Below the pieces are notes generated by a model. That model did no database searches. It was given only the letters and a program-made list of their open reading frames with translations, and was not told where the DNA came from. Shown here in pieces: positions 38,480-50,370 of a stretch of 64,000 bases of DNA. The translations under genes were made by a program, and so were the position numbers. Within the stretch, counting starts at the first letter, position 1; the number at the start of each line of letters is the position of its first letter. The DNA comes from Chiloscyllium plagiosum (lineage: Eukaryota): positions 47,066,719-47,130,718 of the forward strand of contig NC_057719.1 in NCBI RefSeq assembly GCF_004010195.1. The letters are read 5' to 3'.

Positions 38480-39070
38480 ATGCTCATGTTAAACAGTTAT
38501 AATTTATAAGTATTTTGTGCAAAGGTGCATATGAACGGCAAAGAAATGACCTGAAAGCAAAGGTCTGGCTTGAGAATGTTTGGAATGTCATGGCTGTTTA
38601 AGAGCTCTGTTTATTCACACCTGTGTGCCAAAATGCTGTCATCTCAGGAGTGGCCCCTATTACAAGAGGGTCAAGCACCAAGCAGACCTAATTAAAAGCT
38701 CATTACATGAGACAATTTCCATTAGCATGCCAAACTCCATGTTAATCCATTAGCACCGTGACTCTCTTCCGAAGCTTTAAATTCCAGCTCCTTTCCCGAG
38801 GGACTGCAAACCAGGGAAAGCCAGAAATTGCTGTTTTCATTCAGTGAACATCAGTTATTCAAATCTTAATACGCAGTTTCAGGATTATTTTACATTTAGG
38901 ATAATTTACTCTATCTTTTTCAGAACTGATTAAGAAAGAGGCCAATGTTTTAGAGTTCAAGGTATTCACAAAGCACCTGCTCCGAATAAACAGGACAAAT
39001 AAAAGGAGAGCTGGATTTGCTGAGTGTTTATTACATGCTCCATGTCTGAGCTCTTAAAATAGGCAACTTG
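38480..39070. promoter_or_regulatory. Candidate conserved non-coding element flanking the micro-exon
   Basis: Repeat-free. TAATTA, CATTAC, CCATTAG (twice) and TTAATCC all fall within 38685-38760. Confidence 0.45.
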
Positions 39071-39254
39071 TATTACAATATACACATCTTGATTTATTTG
39101 ATACATCTCATTTACAGTTGTTATCTTTCACTCTGTATTATACACTCTTTTTGTGTGTGTGTTTACTTAATTACTGCTTACGCCTTTAATACTGGCATTG
39201 ATATCGAGGAGATTGTAGTATAAACGTCTGCAATTAAAAAATGTACATACTTAC

Positions 39255-39292
39255 CTCAGGATAAATTCTGCGAATCTGTAGGTATCTCCCTT
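39255..39292 (-). CDS. Internal 38-nt micro-exon of an unidentified host gene (probably coding)
   Basis: Minus strand reads cttaac-tgtttttcatttctatcag | AAGGGAGATACCTACAGATTCGCAGAATTTATCCTGAG | gtaagtat, giving a branch-point-like motif, a pyrimidine tract and a consensus donor. Two frames are open: (x)GRYLQIRRIYPE or KGDTYRFAEFIL(S/R). Confidence 0.7.
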
Positions 39293-39334
39293 CTGATAGA
39301 AATGAAAAACAGTTAAGTGTCATGAATTATTTTT

Positions 39335-39720
39335 TAAATATTTGTTCACGGGATGTGGGTGTTGCTGGCTAGACCTGTATTTATTATCCATCCCTAATTG
39401 CCCAGGAACTGAGAGTCTTGCAATGCCATTTCAGAGAGCAATTAAGAGTCAATCACATTGATGTTGGTCAAGAATTACATGTAGGCCAGACCAGGTAAGG
39501 TTGGCAAATTGCCTTCCTGAGAGGACATCAGAGAACCAAGTAGGTTTTTTTGTGACTGTCAGCAATGTCCCCACATGGTCCCCACTGGGCTAGCTTTTAA
39601 TTCCAGATTGTTATTTAATACAAATTTTATTACCTACCATAGTGAGATTCAAATCCAAGTGCCCAGAACTTTAGAGGCTATTGTTTCTGGATTACTAGAA
39701 CCAGTAATTACCACCGCACC
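39335..39720 (-). mobile_element. Second-family SINE (L2-like tail)
   Basis: GGGATGTGGGTGTTGCTGGCTAG...CCATCCCTAATTGCCC...GCCATTTCAGAGAGCAATTAAGAGTCAA...ACATGTAGGCCAGACCAGGTAAGG. Confidence 0.8.
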
Positions 39721-39859
39721 ATTTTCACCTTTAAAAATGTCAATACCCCAAACCTTCCTGCAATTACGTTAGTGATACTCCAGCATTAAAAATTTGCTTA
39801 GATCAGTTTTCAGATACAGAATGAACAGCCTAGTAATCCAGTTTGATAATCCCAAATTC

Positions 39860-40115
39860 TAGAATAGAAATCTTACCTCAGTAATGGTTTCATGAAGCCA
39901 CCTTGTTGTTGTTGTAAAAGCCCATCTGGTTCACTAGGGAAGGGAATCTGTCATCCTTACCTGGTCAGGCCTACATGTAACATCAGACCCACAGCAATGT
40001 GGTTGACTCTTAACTACCCTCTGAAATGGCCCAGTAAGCCATTTTGTTCAAGCGCAGTTAGGGATGGAAACAAATTCTGGCCGTACCAGGGACACTCATA
40101 TTCCAATGAAACATA
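39860..40115 (+). mobile_element. Second-family SINE (L2-like tail)
   Basis: CCATCTGGTTCACTAGGGAAGG...CCTTACCTGGTCAGGCCTACATGT...GTTGACTCTTAACTACCCTCTGAAATGG...TTAGGGATGG. Confidence 0.8.
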
Positions 40116-40196
40116 TAAAACTCACATGGTAGGATATGCAAGGAGACAATTACCCACTTAGAAAATTCCCTGAGACATCCAACTTGAAATCCAATC

Positions 40197-40535
40197 GGGG
40201 CAGCACAGTGGTTCAATGGTTAGCACTGCTGCCTCACAGCACCAGGGACCCCATTTGATTCCAGCCTCAGGCGACTATGGAGTTTGCACATTCTCCCCGT
40301 GTCTGCGTGTGTTTCACCCGGGTGCTCCAGTTTTCTCCCACAGTCCAAAAGATATGCAGATTAGGTGATTTGGCCATGCTAAATTGCCCCATAGTGTTCA
40401 GGGCTGTGAGGGTTAGGTGCATTGGCCAGGGGTAAATATATCATAGAGAAATGGGTCTGGATGGGTTACTCTTCAGGGGTTCCGTGTGGACTTGTTGGGC
40501 TAAAGGGCTTGTTTCCACACTGTAGGGATTCTATG
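40197..40535 (+). mobile_element. HE1-type SINE
   Basis: GGGGCAGCACAGTGGTTCAATGGTTAGC...TTTCCACACTGTAGGGATTCTATG. Confidence 0.95.
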
Positions 40536-43500
40536 AGAAAGTTGAGATTGCCCCAGACATACTTAGAGTGTTCTTCAATCTCAGGACACAAACTCATGCA
40601 ACTAGCCTTTTTTGACTCCATTTCTGGCCCAAAGAAACAGACAATGTTAAGTCCAATTTCTAGGCCTACACGCTTTTTTTGTTGTTATTGACCTTCTGTA
40701 CTTGCAGGTGCCTGAGCAAATACCTATTTTGCAGTATCTTAGGGTTTACTAAGTTTCAAGGCTACCAGATATAATGGAATATTTTCTTTTCAGTGCGACA
40801 GGATCAAACAAAGCACCTTGAACCATGTTAATTTTCATGTCAGTGAATTATACCACAGACTGAGCAAAACAGGCAGTTTATTATTTAAAAAGGAAAACAA
40901 AAAGGCATACTGTCAGATCTTAAGCAAACTGAAATGGAACAAGGTAAACAGAGACATCTATAAACTTTTGTAAGTTATAAGTGGTTCTCTGTGGCCTGCC
41001 TTGCCTCATTAACTGCTGAAAGAAGCACCAGCTTAGCCTTCTGGGATACCTAACACCCAAAGTCTGTTACAAGATGAACTCTGGGTTATTTCAACTCACA
41101 GGTCCACAGTCAAACTTAGCTTTAAACACCTTCTTGACCTCAACCTTTTTTCATAATATCTGCACTATTAACCAGCTGAAGAAATGATAGATGTGCCTCT
41201 CAGAAGACCTGCCAAAAGCTGGTCATCATCAGAGGGTAGGAGATCAATAAAAGCTTTGCAGAAAAAAAATGTTAAGCTATCAATTGCAGGCACCATCCCC
41301 TGGGTTTTCCTTTCCCTTCCTTCTTTCTTTCGTGAAGTGAATAGAATGAGATGGAGATCTCCCTCTTGTCCAAGGAAACAGTATCATTATCCCAGTGTGA
41401 TAGAGCCATTCAGTAGGGAAAGCAGTCTGAAACTGAGAGGCCTGTATACCAGAACTGCAAATTGGACTGTTCCTTTGACTAGGACCAGAAGGATCTCAGT
41501 ACAGTGTAATATTACAGCTCTCAGACAGGCTGCAAGGCCTGCTGCTAAAGAGCCCATCTGGCACAGGCAAAGAATAGCAATAATTACAAGCTGATGATAG
41601 ACATGGAAAAAAAACCCACTGAGCTAGCTTTTAAGAACTATAGGCCAGGACTGTTGGGAAATTATATACTGAAGTCCTTTCAAGTTCAGCCTTTTTGGTG
41701 TACTTACACATTGATTCTAAACATTTTATACATAGTAATAAACACTCTTAGAATTTTTTTATTGCTATCTTAGGAGACCAATTTAATTAGGTATGAAAAG
41801 ATAAGTCTATATTTTTATTAATAATGATGGAAATGCAAACAAGTTGAAGAATACAAGAATACTAAACCATACTTTACTATAGTTGCATGCACAACAGTTC
41901 AAAAGACTCTATAAATCCTTCCACAGGCCATTCAAAAATTTATTTGTCTAAATGTTGCAGCTTAACCATCAAATGCAGATGCCCATAATTAAAGCAGTGT
42001 TTTACTGCAGAGAATACCTTTTCAATTTAGTTGAAAATATATGGAATTTTATATGAAAGAAATGCATGTGAGCAAAGACGTCATGCCGATTTTGTTTTTA
42101 TAGATGGATCACAGATAGGTTAGCAGAAATAAGTACTGTCCTTTTAACTTTACAGTCAATAAAACTTATGTCTGTCTGGAATACTGTGATTTCCTGTAAT
42201 TAATTTTATGTTGTCCATCTCCATGGTACATATACAACAATTTAGGGCTTTTTAAAAGACAAATACAAAGCTGCCTTGCATTAATTCTTTAACTCATGGG
42301 TTGGGTCAACTCTGAGCAAGTTCTACATAAAAGGGATCTACATACTGTCGAAACAAATATTGGACTTGCCTTGAATGTGCGATATACCCAAGACTGAATT
42401 ATATCCTAATTCAATAATCATTGTGCATTCATGGACTCGCAATCCTTTCAACAAAAGGAAGAATACACCTGCTCTGCTGTTACTTTGAAAGTAAAAATAT
42501 TGCAAAACAGAAAAGAGCTACATTCAGCAGAGCATTAGAATTTAAGTAATAACAATTGGCTCTGTATCATGAGCTTATGGACATGAAAAAACTTAAAACG
42601 CCCCTCTTTTCTCACAGTACTCAGATATCCAGATCCATTTTGTGAGTAGCTTTGCTATAGTTATCCAAAATGTCCTATTTATATTACAAGCATTTCATGG
42701 TGAATCCAATTGAAATCTGTCAATTTGCTTGAATATTTGTTACTGCCTGGAAATGATTTTGGCTTCTGTTAAAATGTGGTTGCTTGGAAAAGAGAAACTT
42801 TTGTTCACCTCAACCAATTTTCATGTGAGCAATGCCAACAAGAAGTGACAGGCTACTTCTCCATCCTGGCACGATGGAGCACATTTTTGCCTAAATCTCA
42901 CACTCTGACTTAATCAATCGGCAAATTATGCACAGAGGTCAATGCAGCCAATTCTGATCTGCCACTTCTAATTTTCTGATAACCCAAATTAGTCACCAAT
43001 AACCAGGAGCCCTGTGTTCTCTGCATCCTTACTGCCATTAATTGAAAGACTGAGCTGAATGTACAACTTCACAAAATTGACCCTTGAAGTCAGTCTGCCT
43101 ACTCAACATCACGCAGTACGACCCAGTTACACACTGAGACATTTAAAGTGTGAGTATGAAAGCTTATTTTATATACCGCAGTCAGAGAGTGCAGGTACCC
43201 TCCTCTATAGTGGATTATTTCATACTGGTACAGGTCAAACATAGTTGCAGTGTGAATGTTATCCTGAAGTGACACTATTGTGAGCTTCCGTTTGGTCTGC
43301 TTACTTACCTGTAGCACTAAATAGCATCCACTATGAGAAACCCATGCAAAGATTGGAGGTTTCCTTCACATCATCTTGTGCACAAACAAACATATGAGCC
43401 TGCCAAGTAAATGTTAAATACAAATAAAGCTTCTTTAGTTATTTGTTAGCTTCTATTGACTGTGTTAACTTTTGTATGTTACAGATTGTAATTGACCTTG

Positions 43501-43569
43501 AAAGACATAAACCAGAAAATGTCTAAGGTCTTATCAAAATACAAACAAATCAGTGAAGCAGCTGTAATG

Positions 43570-43915
43570 CAATGAGTGATGAACCAATTGGAACAGAATA
43601 TTTTGAGAGGACTTGCCAGGGTAGATGCTGAGAGGATATTTCTTCTCATGGGGGAGTCTAGAACTAGTGGCAAAGTTTAAAGATAAGGGGTTTCCCAATT
43701 AAACCAGAGATGAAGAGGAATTTCTGTGGAAGAAATTCTGTTCCACAAAGTGCAGTGTAGGCTGAGTCATTGAATATAGTCAAGGCTAAATTAGACACGA
43801 TTTTTAATCACAAAGGAATCAAGTCAAGGAGGACAGCAAATAAAGTCCTGTTAAGGCCACAATTAGACCAATCGTGAATGGCCTACTCCCACTCCTATTT
43901 CTTATTATATTATGA
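43570..43915 (+). mobile_element. Decayed CR1 3' fragment
   Basis: GGGTAGATGCTGAGAGGATATTTC...GGGGAGTCTAGAACTAG...TGGCCTACTCCCACTCCTATTTCTTAT. Confidence 0.75.
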
Positions 43916-44949
43916 TTAGCACCACTCTATAAATAATGAAATGGTTCAAACAATATGCCAGGTAGCTGCATTTAGTTAATTGTCTCTGCATAACACTTTT
44001 AAGTATAGGTGTAATTATTTACCTATTTAGTCTTTGAAAATATATCAGAATTCAAATGGAATATGGTCAAAATCAGACATGTGCGATTCTGTTAGCAACT
44101 TGTCTTAATTTCCTGATTTATTGTATATAAACCACTTTATTCTACTTATATTGTTCTATGTTATTTATTTCCAGATTGAGATAATCTGGCATTAGAAAAA
44201 CTGGTCATTTGATTACATCTGAAAATCTAAAGAACAGGCTAATTCAAAATTAAATTGCAGTTTTAGTGATAAAACTAAAATACTTTAAAAAAATGAGAAA
44301 AATCAGATGTAAAATTAAGAAGTGGTGCACCCTTACATCAGGTTGCCAGGATTACAGTAAACTATTAGCTGTAAGTTATGATTCTCATATAAAAGACCAA
44401 AAACTTGTAAAACATGGTTAGGTCCAATTTTCATAGCGAACTAATCCTTCTGTAACCTCCCTGAGTAAATTTGTTGCTCTATTTGCCCACATAAAATAGT
44501 AACTCCTCTTCAAAACACTTCAATCACAAAACCAGTTGAGAGATTCTGAAGATTAGAGAGTTAGTTTAAATATAATTTCTTAAATATAACTCTTATGTTA
44601 CAGCTCTGTGGAATTGTTTTTATTCATTCATAGAATGTGAATGTCACTGGCAAGGTCAACATTTATTCCTATCCCGAATTGCCTTCGAGAAGTCTAAGCC
44701 GAACCCTAACTGTAACCCTTCCTGAGCCACTGCAGTCCGTGTAATGTGGGTGCTCTCGCAGTTTTATGTGTTTATTGAAGGCACTTTTAAATTCAAGATC
44801 CAAATTATTGAATAGTAATTCAATCAGCCAAAGTAAAATTTTTTTCACAAGAATGTTAAACATTTACAAAAACTTCATTCTAAAACAATTACTTCAGTTA
44901 GTGGCATTGGTACACTAACCAAACAACTGCCTGTAACTCAGACTTATCT

Positions 44950-45850
44950 GTTTCAACTCTGCCTATTTGTTAGTTTCCATTCCTCACAAAGGTAGAAAGC
45001 TTCTTGCTAATCTTCAAGTTAGATTGTCATATAGATTTATTTTAATTTTCCTTCCGTCAAAACTCATGAAAATTATAGTCAAAGAGAAGGTATTGATTGT
45101 TACATACAGGACAATCCTCTCATTCTCTGAACTGGTCACCAACTTGTGCAATTTAATTGATTTTTAATACTTTAAATCTCACAATCCAAAAGTGGGGATG
45201 ATTTTTCTCAGTTCTTACCATAACATCAGAGAAACACTTCTCAATATTTCTAAAGCCTTTGATAAGCTATGAAATGAAAAGCTTGTTAAGAAACTGACCT
45301 CTTGATTTACTACTGTTGAGCTTGCTTTATGACTTTCTCAGGAGGATGAAAAACGAAAACATGACTATTTATCTCTTTCAATGAACAATCGAAGTTAGAG
45401 CTGCCCACTTTTTCTGATGACAACACTTTACAATTTGTACAACATTCATCAGAAAGGAAAATGTCACCTGAAAGACTGTAGTGGACAACAGCAGAATAAT
45501 GATGATAATTTTGAATTCATATAGTTTGCCAATGTGAAACACCAATTTGTCTGAAAACACCTTGAATAATAATACATTTATTTGAATTGCAGTGAGTAAT
45601 ATTATGTGGACAAATAGTAGCTGCTGCACCAAAAGCATAATTCAGCTAATTTGGTTTGAATTAACAAAATTAAATTAGCAAAAGTAAACAGGCACCAGAT
45701 TCTTAACGTATGTTAATGAGGGCCCAAATGCCTGTTTTAGGATTCCTGTGCCAAGTTCGAGCTGTGCAGTAGATCAGACAGCCTTGCCCACAACCATGAG
45801 CTCCAATTTTAAAAAGTCTCTGTGGAACCATTGTTATTAGAAGTGTTCCT
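44950..45850 (+). mobile_element. Ancient LINE RT remnant
   Basis: SYRFILIFLPSKLMKIIV resembles NYRPISLL..SKLME.IV, and LNISKAFDKL*NEKLVKKL resembles LDISKAFDKVWH..L..KL. Confidence 0.55.
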
Positions 45851-46839
45851 GCAAGTATATGTATTGCATCCTGATTCACACTAGCACACTCCACTAACCA
45901 CATTGCTGTCTCCACTCCTTGTCTAGTGACACACCTTTGTGAGACTGACAGCAGGGATTAGAGGCATGAAATTTATCTCTATTAAACAGTCGAATTGTCT
46001 GTAGCTTCTAACTGACAGTCACCGACAACTCAGTCATATAAGGCCTTAGGCTTCTAGGTTGGAGCCTGCACTTTCTCAAGCACAAAAAATAGGTTAGAAG
46101 CAAATTGATGTCCCAGGGATATTAGGGCATCATGAAGAAAATTGCAGCATTTGTGAAAGACCTGATGGCCAGTTCAGGTCATAGATGTGTTGGGGGTGGG
46201 GAATGGTTATATTACAAAAACTCTGAGTCATACTATTCTACAATTAAAGATTGGACACACTCTTAGATGTTAGACAATTAAATTGGGGAGGTGACCAGAA
46301 GCACTGTACCAAAGTAAGACTTAATGTTGTCACACAGCTCAACTATCAAGCGTAGGACATTTTCATTTGTATGATGTAACCATTTTATGGCTAAACTCAG
46401 GATATCTTTGTGCAATAGGTTTGGTAAGATTGCCTGCTTATGTCATGCTACATTAGAGAGATTTTGCCAAGCTACATTCCTCAAAACAATTTTGACAGAA
46501 CTATCGCAACAAATATTGCTAGCATTAAAGTCTAAACCTTATATTTATGACCAAAACGTAGGAGCTGACTAAGCTCCTCAACATGTGTATGAACTTAAAA
46601 AGGTTATATAAACTGGCAGCCTTGAAACCATAAAACCAAAAGTCTTACAGAACAGAAGGAGGCTAATTGGTCCATTTAAAACCATGCCAGAAGAATGTCC
46701 AAAATAAACCTTCCTCCTCCCCGGTCTCCCCATATACTGGTACCTTCCTCTGCTTGAAACATTCATCTAATTTTTCCACAAATGACGAAGATTGGAGATT
46801 GCTGTATTGCTGTAGTCGATTCTCCAAGAATGTGTCAGC

Positions 46840-47130
46840 ATTATTTGCAAGGCCAATATATGTTAATCATCCCTAATGTCCTTGAGAAGGTGTTGTTGTG
46901 TTTTGTTTTGATGCAGCAGAGGTCACGTGTAGATACTCCCACACTACTGTTAGGAAAGGTATTCCAGATTTTTGACACAGTTTCAGTGAAGGAACAGCAA
47001 TATGCCTCTAAATCAGGATGGTGTACAATCCAGAGAAGAACATGTAGGTGATGGTGTTCCCATGGGCTTGCTAACTGATTGGTGGTAAGTGTCATGAATT
47101 TTGAAGATGCTGTTGCAGGAGACATTGTGC
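46840..47130 (-). mobile_element. L2-clade LINE 3' end, degraded
   Basis: Inverse of the 37850-38135 type tail (ATCATCCCTAATGTCCTTGAGAAGGTG...GGTGATGGTGTTCCCATG). Confidence 0.6.
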
Positions 47131-47249
47131 TAAAATATTCACTGTGCCCGTGAAAGTGTTTAATATGCACAGAAATTTATAAACTGAGATAACCATAATT
47201 TGCTAATTCAAGACCCTTTAGAAGAGCAAAATATGTAGTCAACTTTCTG

Positions 47250-49010
47250 ACAGCAAAGGCAATATGCAATAATAGCTTGGATTTCATCTACCTTAATACG
47301 AACTGGGGTACAAACAATACAGAAGAGGCCACAGAAGGAAAAAGTGGTTGTTCTGCATTCAAGAGAACATCTTCAGGCAGCACATTAGAAGCCCAATTAA
47401 AGGAAGCTGATTTCCACATTTAGCCTTAGGAAATGAAGGTGGCCAAGTGGATGAATTGCAGTGGGTGACCATTTTGGAGTTAGTGACCTTAATGCAATTA
47501 GATTTAGCATAATTGTGGAAGAGATTAGAGAAAGAACAAGAGTAATGGTTTTCAATTGCGGGAAGACAAATTTTATAAAGTGGTGTGGAGACAGAGGGCT
47601 ACGTGCAGATAGAAAATCAATGACAGATCTAGGGGAGACATTCATGTAGGTATCCACACAAATAAAGGATGATACTGCCAAATCCCGAGCCCCTTGGATA
47701 TCCAGAAGCATACAGGGTAATAAAAGCAGACAAAGGGAAAAACCTGTGACAATCACAAAAACTCCTAGCAGAGTATACAGCGTACACTGGTGAAGTAAAA
47801 AAGGAAATTAGGAAATGTTGGCTGGTAAAGTCAAGGGAAACTCAAAGAGCAATATCGTAGGAGTAAGAGAATGATGAAGGCAAATGTTAGGCTTATCAGA
47901 GGTGTACAAGGCAACTTCTAAGTGAATGCCGAAAATGTGGGCATGGTTCTTAATCAGTACCTTGTCTTCACAAAGGAGAGGGATCATTCAGTCAGTCTAA
48001 TTAAAGATGAGTGTGAAATATTAGATAAAATAAGCATCATGCAAGCAGAACAGGAGGAACTGACCTTCTTGATAAACTACCATTGTATTTCAGGCTGTTA
48101 AGAGAAGCTAGGCTGAAAGTAATAGATTTCCAATTCTCACTAGATATTAGTGGGGTAACAAAGGACGGGAGACCTGTAAACATTGTACCATTGTTTGAAA
48201 TGGTGCAAGCATTAGGCCAAATAATTATAAGTCTGTCAGTTTGTGGCAAACGGAATTCAAAACAAGGGGATACAGAATTAACAGGAGGATATTTAGAGGA
48301 GTAGAGAAAATGAGAGACATTGGAGTGCATGTCCACAGGTTCTTGCAGATAGCATACATGGGTACATGGGCAGAGAAAACATATAGAATGCTTACCATTA
48401 TTGGATGAGGTATAGGATACAAAAGCCGAGATATAAAGCCGAAACTGTGTAAAACACTGGGTAGGCAGCAGCTGGAGTTGTGCATCCAGTTCTGGTTAAT
48501 GCATTTCAGGAAGAGCAAAACTGCTCTGGAGAGTGTACAAAGGGATTTTACAAGAAGTTTACCAGAGCTTGAGAACTGCATTTATGAGTAAAGATTAAAT
48601 AGGCTAGGGTTGCTTTCCTTTGAACAGAGGAGACTGAGGGGAGATTTAATCAAGGTGTGCAAAATTATGGGGGTTAGACAGAGTACACAGGGAAGATCTG
48701 TTTTCCCCAACCAGAGGGTACAATGTTAAGGTGATTGATATAAGGCTTAGAGGGGACGTGAGAAAAAGTGACTTCACATAGAGGGAGGTGGGGATCTGGA
48801 ATTCACTGCCCAGGTTGGGAGGTGAAGCAGAAGCCTTCAACTCATTTAAAAGGAACCTGGATCTGCAGCTGAAGTGTTGTAACCTGCAAAGCTATGGGCC
48901 AGGTACTGGAAGGTGTGATTAGGATGAGTGGCTAGTTATTTTTACTTTGTCAAGCTGACTCACACATGATGGGCTCGATGTCTTCTGTGTGTCAAGCCTT
49001 CTATGGCTTC
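47250..49010 (+). mobile_element. Decayed, internally deleted CR1 LINE (endonuclease end to 3' UTR)
   Basis: VGDHFGVSDLNAIRFSI (endonuclease end), LCKTLGRQQLELCIQFW and LESVQRDFTRSLPEL remnants. Confidence 0.8.
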
Positions 49011-49049
49011 TATAGAGTAGACTATTCTGTCTTTAAGCTTGATCTGCTA

Positions 49050-50370
49050 TTTAGTAAGGTTATAATTAATCTTCTACCTCAAATCTGTCTTCCTGTCCCA
49101 TAAGCCATAATTTACTTAGTAGCCAAAAATTGACCGATCTCTGTCTTGAACGTTCCCAGTGTCTGAGCATTCACAGCTCTCTATGATGGGAAGAATTCCA
49201 AGCATTTGTGACCCTTTTAGTGAAGGAATTTCTTTCTGGTCTTAATCCCAAATGGTCAACACTTTTGCTGAGACTGTTGCCCTGAGTTCCAGGCTTCCCT
49301 GCCAGGGAAAACATTCTCCCAACATCTACCCTGACAAGCCCCTGATGAATTATACATGTTTTGTTGAGATCACAACCCCATTCCTCTAAATTCCAAAATG
49401 CTGTAGGCCTAGCCTACAGTATCCCCTCATTGTCAATTCCCTCACCTTAGGAATCAGTCTAGTAAGTGCATGTTTTGCATATTGTTCCTTAGGTCAGAGG
49501 ATCATCTACTCCATCCTGTATAATAGCAGTAAAACTATTCTATACTATAACCTATTTGTAATTACATACCATTTGTTTTCTTAATCTCTTGCTGCATATG
49601 CATGTTAACCTTCCTCAATTCATTTAGAAGGATATACAGCTCCTTTTGAATACCAACATCTTTCCAGTCTCATGCCATTTTAAAAGAATCCAGCTTGTCT
49701 ACTTCTGCTACAAAAATGTATACTTGCACACTTCTCAACATTATCCATGCTTTGCACAATTACTTAACACAGAAACATGGAAAATAGGTGCAGGAGGAGG
49801 CCATTCGGCCCTTTGAACCTGCATTGTGCTGATCGCAACTTCAGTATCCCCCTCCCACTTTCTCTCCATTCCCCTTAATCCTTTCAGCTGCAGCAGCCAG
49901 GTCCAGCTCCCTCTTGAGTATATCTAATGACTTTCCCAACAGTGTTCCATGGTAGAGAATTCCACAGGTTCACAATTCTCTGAGTAAGAAATTCTTCCTC
50001 AGCTCAGTCCTGAAATGGCTTGCCTCTATTTACCTGTGACCCCAAGTTCTGGACTTCCCCAATGTCGGGAACGTTCTTCCCACATCCAGCCTGTCGAGTA
50101 CCTGTGGCTAAACCCTTTTGCAGCCTCCTTGCATCCTCCTCACAACAAACTTACCCACGTGACTTTGTGTTGTCAGAAAATATGAACATATTGTATTCAG
50201 TCCCTTCATGAGAAACATTGATATAGTCTGCCTTTGGCTGCAACCCAAGCACTTATCCTTGTGGTACATCACTAGTTAAACTGTGAATCTGAAAAAAGAC
50301 CTGTTTATTCCTATTTTCTGTCTATTAGTTAATCCTCAATCCAGCCTAACACATTATACCGCAAGTCACC
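49050..50370 (-). mobile_element. Decayed CR1 LINE with a nested younger CR1 3' end at about 49768-50100
   Basis: Reverse 3'-UTR signature ACAGAAACATGGAAAATAGGTGCAGGAGGAGGCCATTCGGCCC, plus GAATTCCACAGGTTCAC motifs. Confidence 0.75.

Noticed and set aside
41184..41594. 136-aa plus-strand ORF
   Set aside because: No recognisable motif or exon boundaries; a length like this is plausible by chance in 64 kb.
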